Under the pieces are notes generated by a model, which saw only the letters and a list, made by a program, of their open reading frames with translations, was not told the DNA's origin and did not search any database. From positions 1,940-65,939 of the forward strand of contig CAZBIR010000003.1 of the NCBI GenBank assembly GCA_964491035.1: a stretch of 64,000 nt of DNA. Reading direction: 5' to 3'. Below, in pieces: positions 18,747 to 27,641 of the stretch. Within the stretch, counting starts at the first letter, position 1; each line of letters begins with the position of its first letter. The DNA comes from an uncultured Sulfuricurvum sp. Lineage in GTDB: Bacteria > Campylobacterota > Campylobacteria > Campylobacterales > Sulfurimonadaceae. The position numbers and the translations under genes are program-made.

Positions 18747-20075
18747 TTAGAGAATGTAGCGCGCGAGGTCGGTATCCTCGACGACGGGTGAAAGGATGGT
18801 GTTGACCGTCTCTTCGGAAATCGTAACGGTGGTGTGCTCGTACGCCAGAGCGTTGAAACTGATCTCTTCGAGGACTTTTTCGACAACGGTGTGAAGGCGC
18901 CGGGCCCCGATGTCTTCGGTTTTTTCGTTGGCTTTCTGCGAGTATTTGGCCATTGCCCGGATGGCTTTATCGTCAAATTCCAGCGTGACGTTTTCCGTAG
19001 CCAGCAGCGCCTTGTACTGTTCGAGCAGCGAGTTTTTGGGTTTGGTGAGAATATGGTAGAGTGCTTCTTCATCCAGTGCTTCGAGCTCGACACGCAGCGG
19101 AAAACGCCCTTGAAGTTCGGGGATCAGATCGCTGGGTTTGGTCAGGTGAAATGCCCCCGCAGCGATGAAGAGGATATGATCGGTTTTGACGGGCCCGAAT
19201 TTGGTCGAGACGATGCTTCCCTCCACGATCGGCAGAAGATCCCGCTGAACTCCCTCTTTGCTGGGGTCATTGCGCCCGTCGGCACGGGAACTGACGGCGA
19301 TTTTGTCGATTTCGTCGAGAAAAATTATTCCCCCCTCCTCGACCCGGCGGAGTGCTTCGCGTTTGATCTGGTCGTGGTTGAGGAGCTGTTCGGCGGCTTC
19401 GGCGCGGAGAAGTTCCCGTGCCTCTTTGACGCTCACCTCTTTCTTGCTCTCTTCTTTACCCATGACGGAGAACATTTTGGAAAAGGATTCCTGTACGCGC
19501 GCGATTTCCGGAGGCATGTTGGTGTCGTTGAATTCGATGCTCCCTTTGGGAAGCTCGATTTCGATCAGCCGTTCGTCCATTTCGCCGTTTCGGATTTTTT
19601 CCCGCATCCGTTCTTTGGACGCGAGGTAATCTTCTTTTTTGGCATCCGTTGCAAAATGGGACGGTTCGGGAAGGAGCTTTTTGGTGATGGTGTCCAGCAC
19701 GTATTGTTCGATCGCTTCGGCGTTGTTTTCGTTATGCTCGGCTTTGACCATCGACAGCGACGTCATCACCAGATCGCGTACCATCGATTCTACGTCGCGC
19801 CCTACGAAGCCCACTTCGGTGTATTTGCTGGCCTCGACCTTGATGAACGGCAGTTGCATCAGTTTGGCCAGACGGCGGGATATTTCGGTTTTCCCTATCC
19901 CGGTGGAGCCGATCATCAGGATGTTTTTGGGCATGATCTCATCGCGGATCGAGGGATCGAGGCGCAGGCGACGGTAGCGGGTCCGCAGCGCCAGGGCAAT
20001 CGTTTTTTTGGCATTCGTCTGTCCGATGATATGCTGATCGAGATAATCGACGATCTCTTGAGGGGTCATGTTCAT
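18747..20075 (-). CDS. hslU: ATP-dependent protease ATPase subunit HslU
   Basis: MTPQEIV, PKNILMIGSTGIGKTE, GVQRDLLP, ELQGRFP, IGARRL, DLARYIL. Confidence 0.97.
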   Translation of the reverse strand: MNMTPQEIVDYLDQHIIGQTNAKKTIALALRTRYRRLRLDPSIRDEIMPKNILMIGSTGIGKTEISRRLAKLMQLPFIKVEASKYTEVGFVGRDVESMVRDLVMTSLSMVKAEHNENNAEAIEQYVLDTITKKLLPEPSHFATDAKKEDYLASKERMREKIRNGEMDERLIEIELPKGSIEFNDTNMPPEIARVQESFSKMFSVMGKEESKKEVSVKEARELLRAEAAEQLLNHDQIKREALRRVEEGGIIFLDEIDKIAVSSRADGRNDPSKEGVQRDLLPIVEGSIVSTKFGPVKTDHILFIAAGAFHLTKPSDLIPELQGRFPLRVELEALDEEALYHILTKPKNSLLEQYKALLATENVTLEFDDKAIRAMAKYSQKANEKTEDIGARRLHTVVEKVLEEISFNALAYEHTTVTISEETVNTILSPVVEDTDLARYIL

Positions 20076-20080
20076 GGCGC

Positions 20081-20614
20081 TTATCCGAGGGTGAGGGTTT
20101 TGATGTTGTGGTTGGTGTAGATGCACAGGTCCGCAGCGATTGATAGGGACTCTTTGATCAGCGCTTCTTCATCCAGCGAGGAATGAAGTTTCAGCGCCCG
20201 TGCTGCGGCAATTGCGTAGCTCCCGCCGCTGCCGATGGCGGCAAGGCGGCCGTCTTCGGGTTCGACAACGTCACCGTTTCCGGTCAGGATAAAGATGTGC
20301 TCCCGGTTAAGGACGATCATCATCGCTTCCAGGCGGCGGAGAATCTTGTCCTTGCGCCACGCCTTGGAGAAATCGATAACCGCTTTGATAAGTTCGCCTT
20401 TGCGGTGGGCGAGATGTTCCTCGAACATATCAAAAAGGTTAAAGGCATCCGCGGTGGAGCCGGCAAAACCGGCGAGTACCTCCCCGTTGTGGAGGGTACG
20501 GATTTTGGTTGCGTTGTTTTTGAGGACCGTGTGCCCGAACGTCACCTGACCATCTCCGCCGATGACGGCTTTGTTTTCCCCTCTGTAGGCAAGTATGGTG
20601 GTGGCGTCAAACAT
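20081..20614 (-). CDS. hslV: ATP-dependent protease subunit HslV
   Basis: ATTIL N-terminal Thr, [25 protein letters not shown]. Confidence 0.97.
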   Translation of the reverse strand: MFDATTILAYRGENKAVIGGDGQVTFGHTVLKNNATKIRTLHNGEVLAGFAGSTADAFNLFDMFEEHLAHRKGELIKAVIDFSKAWRKDKILRRLEAMMIVLNREHIFILTGNGDVVEPEDGRLAAIGSGGSYAIAAARALKLHSSLDEEALIKESLSIAADLCIYTNHNIKTLTLG

Positions 20615-20615
20615 C

Positions 20616-21062
20616 TCATTCCCCTTTGATTTCAACGTGCAGCGTGGCGTGGATTCCGTGGCCGAGCTTCAGATCGAGTTCGTGGAGCCCAGTCGTTTTG
20701 ATCCCGTGCTTGGCATCGAGTTCTTTTTTATCGATTTCGATCCCGTGCTGAGCTTTGAGTGCATCGGCGATTTCATCTTTGGTGACGGCTCCGAAGAGGT
20801 GGCCCGTATTCCCCAGTTTTTTGGAAATGACGACTTTCAGATCGGCTAGACGGGCTTTGATACCGTTGAGTCGCTCGATTTCGGCCGCCTCGTTAGCGGC
20901 CTTTTTGCGTTGTTCCGCTTCGTATTTTTTGAGGACTTCATTGGTGGCGGCGAGGGCGAGCCCTTTGCCGATCAGGAAATTTTTGCCGTAACCGTCGGCG
21001 ACCTCTTTGATCTCACCGGCTTTGCCGACCCCTTTGACGTCTTTGGTCAACAGTACTTTCAT
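20616..21062 (-). CDS. rplI: 50S ribosomal protein L9
   Basis: [36 protein letters not shown]. Confidence 0.97.
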   Translation of the reverse strand: MKVLLTKDVKGVGKAGEIKEVADGYGKNFLIGKGLALAATNEVLKKYEAEQRKKAANEAAEIERLNGIKARLADLKVVISKKLGNTGHLFGAVTKDEIADALKAQHGIEIDKKELDAKHGIKTTGLHELDLKLGHGIHATLHVEIKGE

Positions 21063-21074
21063 GAAACTCCTTGG

Positions 21075-21806
21075 TTAGCCGCGTACGATCGGTCCGCCGT
21101 AGCTGACGATACCGTGGGCAAGATTGGAAACTTTCGTATACCCCATGTCGGTCAGGATACGCTGACAGTGGGCACTGCGGCTCCCGACGTGACAGTAAAC
21201 GATGACATGTTCGTCTTTGGCGATAGAGGCTTCGTTAAGGGTCTGGAAGAAGCTGCTGGTCGGTACGAGGACGTCCGCTGCGGCGATCCGTCCCATTTTC
21301 CACTCCATCCATTCGCGGACGTCGACGATTTTGAAGCGGACCATTCCCAGTTCGCGCGCTTCGATCAGGGCGATCAGCTCGTCGCTGTCAATGTCGCTTT
21401 TTTCCAGCAGGAACTGGCACTCTTCGGCGCTCAGACCGCGTGAGTGCTGGTGGACAACCGCTTCGATTTCTTCGGATTTGGCCTGTGCCGCCGCGTAGGC
21501 GGGAGTACAGAAAATCTGACAGTGGCAGACGCCGTCTGTGGGGATTTCGTGTTCCAGTGCCGGTTTACAGGGGCAGATGCGGTCTTCTTCCTTGTTGCCC
21601 GTGACGAAGAAACAGGGGCAGTACCGTTTGCCGTGGATCAGTTTGTTCCGGGTCAGACCGAACTGGATCCCCTGATTGATTTCGGGATCGGGATTGTAGA
21701 CAAACCCGAACTGGGCGCATACTTTATCGGTGAAAGTAACCGTTTTTTCGAGCTCGGCCCTGAATTCGGCCGATTCGGGATCGATTTTTTTGATCGTTTG
21801 GCTCAT
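21075..21806 (-). CDS. Fusion of ferredoxin-thioredoxin reductase catalytic domain and rhodanese domain
   Basis: N-terminal YCPC-x12-CPC-x13-CHC Cys set; C-terminal DVREWMEW...VIVYCHVGSRS rhodanese. Confidence 0.85.
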   Translation of the reverse strand: MSQTIKKIDPESAEFRAELEKTVTFTDKVCAQFGFVYNPDPEINQGIQFGLTRNKLIHGKRYCPCFFVTGNKEEDRICPCKPALEHEIPTDGVCHCQIFCTPAYAAAQAKSEEIEAVVHQHSRGLSAEECQFLLEKSDIDSDELIALIEARELGMVRFKIVDVREWMEWKMGRIAAADVLVPTSSFFQTLNEASIAKDEHVIVYCHVGSRSAHCQRILTDMGYTKVSNLAHGIVSYGGPIVRG

Positions 21807-21815
21807 CCGTTCTCC

Positions 21816-23033
21816 TTATTTGTTTTTACGGGCTTTACCGGCGATGATGAAACGCAGTGCGTTGAGTTTGATGAAACCGGCGGCATCTTTCTGGTCGTAG
21901 ACGGCGTCTTCTTCGAACGTACAATAGTCTGCGTTGAAGAGCGATACGTCCGAACTGCGTCCGACGACCATCACGTTACCTTTGTAGAGTTTCAATCGGA
22001 CGGTACCGCGGACGTTCTCCTGGGTTTTGTCGATGGCGGCCTGGAGCATTTCGCGCTCCGGAGAGAACCAGAAGCCGTTGTAAATCAGTTTGGCGTAGCG
22101 GGGCATCATCTCGTCTTTGAGGTGGGCTGCTTCGCGATCCAGGGTGATCGACTCGATCGCGCGGTGGGCGCGGAGCATGATCGTTCCGCCGGGGGTTTCG
22201 TAGCATCCGCGGCTTTTCATCCCGACGTATCGGTTTTCGACGATGTCGGCACGCCCGATTCCGTGACGCCCGGCGATGATGTTGAGCTGTTCGAGCATGA
22301 CGGCCGGAGAGAGGGTCTTACCGTTGAGGCTAACGGGGTCCCCTTTTTCATAGCCGATTTCGATGTATTCCGGTTCATCCGGGGCGTTTTCCGGAGAGGT
22401 CGTCCAGCGCCACATGCTCTCTTCGGGCTCGGCGGCAGGGTCTTCGAGAATCCCCCCCTCATACGAGATGTGGAGAAGGTTGGCATCCATCGAGTAGGGT
22501 GATTTTTTGCCGCTCATTTCGATTTTGATCCCGTGCTCCGCGGCGTAGGCAAGGAGTTTTTCGCGAGAATTCAGATCCCATTCGCGCCATGGGGCAATGA
22601 TGGTGAGGGAGCTGTTCTGCCCAAGGTATCCCATTTCGAAGCGGACCTGGTCGTTCCCTTTGCCGGTAGCACCGTGGCTCACGGCATCGGCACCGGTAAT
22701 GCGGGCGATTTCAGCCTGACGTTTGGCGATGAGAGGACGGGCGATTGATGTTCCCAGCAGATACTCTCCCTCGTAAATCGCGTTGGCACGGAACATTGGG
22801 AATACGTAGTCGCGAACGAACTCTTCGCGCAGGTCTTCGATATAGATATTTTCGGGTTTGATCCCGAGGCTGAGCGCTTTGGCGCGGGCCGGTTCGACCT
22901 CTTCGCCCTGTCCGATATCGGCGGTAAACGTGACGACTTCGCATTTGTACTCATCTTGGAGCCATTTCAAGATAACGCTGGTGTCCAATCCGCCCGAATA
23001 GGCGAGAACAACTTTTTTAACCTCTTTTTTCAT
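21816..23033 (-). CDS. argG: Argininosuccinate synthase
   Basis: [43 protein letters not shown]. Confidence 0.98.
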   Translation of the reverse strand: MKKEVKKVVLAYSGGLDTSVILKWLQDEYKCEVVTFTADIGQGEEVEPARAKALSLGIKPENIYIEDLREEFVRDYVFPMFRANAIYEGEYLLGTSIARPLIAKRQAEIARITGADAVSHGATGKGNDQVRFEMGYLGQNSSLTIIAPWREWDLNSREKLLAYAAEHGIKIEMSGKKSPYSMDANLLHISYEGGILEDPAAEPEESMWRWTTSPENAPDEPEYIEIGYEKGDPVSLNGKTLSPAVMLEQLNIIAGRHGIGRADIVENRYVGMKSRGCYETPGGTIMLRAHRAIESITLDREAAHLKDEMMPRYAKLIYNGFWFSPEREMLQAAIDKTQENVRGTVRLKLYKGNVMVVGRSSDVSLFNADYCTFEEDAVYDQKDAAGFIKLNALRFIIAGKARKNK

Positions 23034-23094
23034 AACTGCATCCTTACGTACTGATCCCGGACTTCTATGGGTCGGAAATAGAGTGAATAGCGCG

Positions 23095-23103
23095 ATTCTA
23101 GCA
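23095..23103 (-). promoter_or_regulatory. Extended -10 promoter (TGCTAGAAT) upstream of argG
   Basis: TGn-TAGAAT about 60 nt upstream of the argG ATG, preceded by a T-tract. Confidence 0.5.
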
Positions 23104-23123
23104 AAAAAAGGATGAGAGTGGCG

Positions 23124-23378
23124 TTAAAGTTTGATATTTAGAGAGGAGTCTGTAAGGTTTTGGGTCGATTTTAAAAACTCGAGGGTGTTTTTGAGTTGTT
23201 TGAGAGTATGTGCGGTTTCGTGTTTGTTCCGTTCGGTCAGTTCATAGGCCTGCTGGAGAAGAAATGCCGCTTCTTCCATTTCGGCGAGATTTTCGAACCG
23301 GGGCATCTGATCCAACAGGGTCGAGAGGGTGGTGGTCTCTTCCAAAATCAAGGCGAGTTTGAAAGAATCAAGCCACAT
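23124..23378 (-). CDS. Small helical protein downstream of fliS (FliT-like position)
   Basis: Start MWLDSFKLAL overlaps the fliS 3' end; 84 aa, predicted helical by eye. Confidence 0.7.
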   Translation of the reverse strand: MWLDSFKLALILEETTTLSTLLDQMPRFENLAEMEEAAFLLQQAYELTERNKHETAHTLKQLKNTLEFLKSTQNLTDSSLNIKL

Positions 23379-23739
23379 TGGTACTCTCTTTCCATACTTC
23401 AAGCAGCCCTTTGATCACCTGATTGACTTCGTCAAGTTTGGTGGCATCATTGGTCAGATTGGCCTCCATCAGCAATCGCAGCTGGTAGTTGTAGAGTCCG
23501 AAAAGATAATGGGCAATATCTCCCTGCGAATAGTCGAGGATATTGATCAGCTCGCTCACGACGGCGCTGGAACGGTTGATCCAGTAGGTCCGTTTTTCGA
23601 TGTCGCTGTTTTCCATCGAACGTTTCGCCTGCATATTGAAACGGAGTATCCCCTCATACATCATCTGAACCAGCTTCTCGGGTGATTCGACGCCGATATT
23701 GTTTTGTGTATACGTATTGTATGCGAGGTTATTGTTCAT
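23368..23739 (-). CDS. fliS: Flagellin chaperone FliS
   Basis: AYNTY...ESPEKLVQMMYEGILRF...LFGLYNY...GLLEVW. Confidence 0.95.
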   Translation of the reverse strand: MNNNLAYNTYTQNNIGVESPEKLVQMMYEGILRFNMQAKRSMENSDIEKRTYWINRSSAVVSELINILDYSQGDIAHYLFGLYNYQLRLLMEANLTNDATKLDEVNQVIKGLLEVWKESTNVA

Positions 23740-23789
23740 TGTTTATCCTTTAAAAATCCGTTTCGTATATAGAGCGGTTTGATGAAAAA

Positions 23790-24185
23790 TTATCCTTTTT
23801 GATCAAAAAGCAAACCGTTCACTTCCTGCATTTTGGGCAAAAGCTGCTCCGCTTCTTCCACCGGGAAACGGCGGATCATCCGGTTCGTTTTGGTTTCGAT
23901 AACCGAGACGTAAAAATCTTCGGAAGTATTGTCAAAACCAAACCGGAGCGACGTGTTAAACGGATCGAGTGAGCGGTTCAGCTGGTCAATCAGTTTGTCC
24001 ATCTGCTCTTGCGACTGCACTTTCGAAGTTTTTTGCTCGGTCTGGTTTTCGGCAGCTTTGTCCTGCTGTATCTGAGCTTTTTGCATTTGCTGAACATTCT
24101 GAGTGCTTTGCAGCTCCGTACCACCACTTTTTGGGGTTGCGATGTGAGATTGCTGCATTTTTGCGGTTGACTGTAAAATCTCCAT
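23790..24185 (-). CDS. flaG: FlaG flagellar protein
   Basis: LNRSLDPFNTSLRF...VSVIETKTNRMIRRFPVEE...GLLFDQKG. Confidence 0.9.
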   Translation of the reverse strand: MEILQSTAKMQQSHIATPKSGGTELQSTQNVQQMQKAQIQQDKAAENQTEQKTSKVQSQEQMDKLIDQLNRSLDPFNTSLRFGFDNTSEDFYVSVIETKTNRMIRRFPVEEAEQLLPKMQEVNGLLFDQKG

Positions 24186-24227
24186 TTCTCTCTCCTACTC
24201 ATAGGTCGAAATCATCATGCTGGGTCT

Positions 24228-24254
24228 AAATCGTCATATTGTTCGAAAACTTTA
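24228..24254 (-). promoter_or_regulatory. Sigma-28 (FliA) promoter of flaG
   Basis: TAAA-N15-GACGATTT on the minus strand matches the TAAA-N15-GCCGATAA consensus. Confidence 0.7.
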
Positions 24255-24278
24255 GTTAGGTGTGCTACTCTTGCGTTC

Positions 24279-25484
24279 ATGAAACGTTATTGGACTCTTT
24301 TGCGTGACGAGCCGCTGCTTCGCCGTCTTTCCCTGATACAGCTGATTGCCTATTTCGGTGCCTGGTTCAGCAACGTCGCCATCTATACGCTTCTGATCCA
24401 GATGGGTGCCGATGCCGCGACGATCGCGCTGGTGGCGGCGCTCCATTTTCTGCCGGGTGTTTTTCAGGCTCCCCTGAGCGGGGTGATCGTCGATCGGGTC
24501 GATCCGAAAAAGCTGATGATCATTCTGACCGTGATCGAAATCGTCTGCACCCTCTTGCTGGTTACGATCGATTCGGTATCGATGCTGTGGCTGTTGTACC
24601 TGCTGGTTTTTGTCCGGATGGGGGCATCGAGTTTCCATTTCACGGTCGAGATGTCGCTTCTCCCCCGGATACTTGAGGGGAAGGCGTTGCAGATGGCAAA
24701 CGAAATCCATTCGATCATCTGGTCGCTTTCCTATACGCTGGGAATGGCGCTGAGCGGTCTGGTCGTATACTGGATCGGGGTCACCGCCGCGTTCGTGCTC
24801 GACGCGGGGTTGTTTGTGCTGGTGCTGATACTCGTACTGGGGGTCAACCTCGAAAAAAGGATCGTTCAAGCTCCCGAACGGTTTATGACGATGATGCGCG
24901 AAGCGATGCGCTATATCGTGGAGAATAAGGTGGTTTTGCATCTGATGGTGTTACACGCGGTGATCGGTTTTACGGCATTTGATGCACTGGTCGCTCTTGC
25001 GGCCAAGCACTATTACGCGGATATCATCGCAGTGTCGCTGGGGATCGGGCTGCTGAACGCCGCACGGGCATTGGGGTTGGTGATCGGTCCCGTTGTCCTG
25101 GGAAACTGGGTGAACAACGAACGGCTGGTATGGCTTTTGGCGGCCGAAGCGGCGGCGATTTCTCTGTGGGCCGTCAGTATCGACCGTTTTTACTGGTCGA
25201 TGGCCGCTTCGGTATTGGTCGGATTCGTGACGACAACCCTGTGGTCGTACACGTATACGCTTTTGCAGCATCACACGCACAGCGATTATTACGGCCGGGT
25301 AATCGCGTACAACGATATGATTTTTCTCGGGGTCGGGGCGTCGGCGTCGATGCTGATCGGTTCTCTCGCCCAATGGGGAATGTCGTTGGAAAACATCACC
25401 CTGATACTGGGGGGGGTGTTTGCCCTGGCGGCTTTGTATTATCTTTGGATACGGCGGAATTTCAGTTTAAAGGAGATCGGATGA
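24279..25484 (+). CDS. MFS transporter
   Basis: About 12 hydrophobic segments; GVIVDRVDPKK motif A; YYGRV in the C-terminal half. Confidence 0.88.
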   Translation: MKRYWTLLRDEPLLRRLSLIQLIAYFGAWFSNVAIYTLLIQMGADAATIALVAALHFLPGVFQAPLSGVIVDRVDPKKLMIILTVIEIVCTLLLVTIDSVSMLWLLYLLVFVRMGASSFHFTVEMSLLPRILEGKALQMANEIHSIIWSLSYTLGMALSGLVVYWIGVTAAFVLDAGLFVLVLILVLGVNLEKRIVQAPERFMTMMREAMRYIVENKVVLHLMVLHAVIGFTAFDALVALAAKHYYADIIAVSLGIGLLNAARALGLVIGPVVLGNWVNNERLVWLLAAEAAAISLWAVSIDRFYWSMAASVLVGFVTTTLWSYTYTLLQHHTHSDYYGRVIAYNDMIFLGVGASASMLIGSLAQWGMSLENITLILGGVFALAALYYLWIRRNFSLKEIG

Positions 25485-25765
25485 GGGGTGAAATTTGGTT
25501 TGAAAGCGGCGACAGACGGATCGACCTGGCAAAACTGACCCGGCTCTACCCTGCGGTTCTGATCGAAGCGGGGGGAGAACAAGCCTCCGTTTCGCTCGAG
25601 TGGGCGGAGCTCAAAGCGGACCGGATCCGTATCGAAGCGTATCTGCTCGTATGCGACGTTGATCCGGTAGGGGAGGTCCCCCTCAATCGCGTCGAATTGC
25701 GTTATGACACCAAAGAGGAACTTTTCCGGGCGATGGAGGAGGTTTCCCGGAGGCTGCGGAACTGA
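25481..25765 (+). CDS. Hypothetical protein (94 aa)
   Basis: AAGGAG RBS and ATGA overlap with the MFS stop; start MRGEIWF. Confidence 0.7.
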   Translation: MRGEIWFESGDRRIDLAKLTRLYPAVLIEAGGEQASVSLEWAELKADRIRIEAYLLVCDVDPVGEVPLNRVELRYDTKEELFRAMEEVSRRLRN

Positions 25766-25776
25766 ACGCCTCTTCC

Positions 25777-27081
25777 ATGAACCGTACCGTTTTGAGGCTG
25801 GCGATTCCCGCCGCGTTAAAACACCTGCTGGACATCGTCCAGATACTGATCGATCTGCTGATGGTGGGAACCCTCGGGGTGGCGGCACTCGCGGCGGTGG
25901 GACTGTCGATGCAGCTGATGATGATTGTTCAGGCGGTCATGACCGTGTATGCCGTCGGTGCGGGAGCCCTGATCGCCCGTTACATCGGGAGCCGGAGGTC
26001 TCGCCGGGCGTCGGCTGTTGTTTACGCTGCGGGATGGATAGCACTTTGGGGTGCCGTGGTGGTGGGAACGCTCGGATGGTTTTTTGCGGAGGAGTTTTTC
26101 CGATGGATGGGATCGGATGCCGAAGTGAGGGCTTTGGGCAGCGGTTATTTTCAGATTCTTTGCCTTGCGATGGGATTTATTTTCCTCGATACCCTCGCGT
26201 ACAGCGCCCTTTCCGCCGCCGGGGACACCCGCAGTTCACTGGTGATCAAGATTTTTTCGGCTTTTTTGAATGCGGGGCTCAATTACCTGTTCATTTTCGG
26301 CCACGGTGGTTTTGAAGCGATGGGGGTTGCGGGGGCGGCATATGCGACGGCGTGCGCGTACGGGTTCAATCTGCTGGCCTACGGATGGCTGCTGATGCGT
26401 AAAAACCGGCTACTCGGGATTTATCCGATCTGGATGAACGCCGATGTCCGCCGGATGATCGGTATCGGATTTCCCGCCGCGCTGGAGAGGATGATCGGCA
26501 CGGCTTCGTTTTTACTGTTTGTCGTCATCATCGCCTCATACGGCACCGAAGTCCTGGCAGGGTATCAGATCGGATTGCGGATCGAGGCGCTGGCCTTTAT
26601 GCCCGGATTCGGGTTTTCGGTTGCGGCGATGGCCCTCTCGGGGCAGTTTATCGGAGCCCGGCAGTACGACCATGCCTATCGAGCCGGAATTCTGAGTGCC
26701 AAGATCGCGATGGTGTTTATGGGGAGTGTCGGGGTGCTGCTGGTGCTTTTCCCGGAACTGGCGGTGCGCTGGTTTACGAGTGATCCCGAGACGGTAGAGT
26801 ATGCGTCACTCTACCTGAGACTGGTGGGGATATCTCAGATTCCGCTGGCGCTGACGTTTGTTCTCAGCGGTGCATTGCGGGGTGCCGGGGCGACCCGGAC
26901 CACGATGCGGATCTCGATCCTGTCGCTGTGGGTTTTCCGGATTGTCCCCTCTTACCTGGTGATGAGTTATGGAGGGGGGATCGTCTGGGTGTATGTGGCG
27001 ATGACCCTGGAGACGTTTTTAAAGGGGGGATGGTTCTGGCGGGTGTACCGCCGCCGTCAGTGGCTCGATACGAAGATTTAG
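25777..27081 (+). CDS. MATE-family efflux transporter
   Basis: LAIPA, DLLMVGTLG, GDTR, LNYLFIFG, GVAGAAYAT, LRGAGAT. Confidence 0.92.
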   Translation: MNRTVLRLAIPAALKHLLDIVQILIDLLMVGTLGVAALAAVGLSMQLMMIVQAVMTVYAVGAGALIARYIGSRRSRRASAVVYAAGWIALWGAVVVGTLGWFFAEEFFRWMGSDAEVRALGSGYFQILCLAMGFIFLDTLAYSALSAAGDTRSSLVIKIFSAFLNAGLNYLFIFGHGGFEAMGVAGAAYATACAYGFNLLAYGWLLMRKNRLLGIYPIWMNADVRRMIGIGFPAALERMIGTASFLLFVVIIASYGTEVLAGYQIGLRIEALAFMPGFGFSVAAMALSGQFIGARQYDHAYRAGILSAKIAMVFMGSVGVLLVLFPELAVRWFTSDPETVEYASLYLRLVGISQIPLALTFVLSGALRGAGATRTTMRISILSLWVFRIVPSYLVMSYGGGIVWVYVAMTLETFLKGGWFWRVYRRRQWLDTKI

Positions 27082-27497
27082 CCCTCTTTTTCGGCTTTGA
27101 GAAGTTCGGCGTATTGCTGTTCGATGATTTTGAGGCGGTTACGGTCGGGCATTTTCCGCGACGCGATGTAGCCGACGATCTCCCCGTTTTCGTCCAGTTT
27201 GGGGACGATATGGACGACGACCCAGTAAAATTTGCCGTCCTTGCGCAGGTTTTTGACGTATCCTTCCCAGATTTTTCCGCTCTGGATAATTTTCCACATT
27301 CCTTCGAATCCCGCTTTGGGCATGTCGGGATGGCGTAGCAGGCTGTGAGGCTGCCCCACCGCTTCGAGTGCGGTATAGCCGGTCATTTCCGTAAACTTGC
27401 GATTGACGTAGGTGATGATCCCTTTGGTATCGGTTTCGGAAATCAGGCTCCGTCCGTCAAACAAAACTTCTTCATTCACCGGTGTTGGACGTTTCAT
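27078..27497 (-). CDS. Stand-alone Aer-type PAS protein (CetB-like)
   Basis: SETDTKGIITYVN, HSLLRHPDMPK, WEGYVKNLRKDGKFYWV. Confidence 0.88.
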   Translation of the reverse strand: MKRPTPVNEEVLFDGRSLISETDTKGIITYVNRKFTEMTGYTALEAVGQPHSLLRHPDMPKAGFEGMWKIIQSGKIWEGYVKNLRKDGKFYWVVVHIVPKLDENGEIVGYIASRKMPDRNRLKIIEQQYAELLKAEKEG

Positions 27498-27641
27498 TGT
27501 AAATGTTTCCTAAAGCTTGGATTGTAATGTAAGTGCACGATTATAACCCTAAGGTTACTAAAATTAAGTTAAATAGCCTCTATTCTTTCTTGTGAAGGTA
27601 TAATGAGGGCCGTAAATTTCTCTGAAAGCAGGCGGTAAACC

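Noticed and set aside
18737..19093. Apparent N-terminal extension of Era overlapping hslU
   Set aside because: Era homology starts at MSKAGF (18736) with an AGGA RBS; the extension is an alternative frame of hslU
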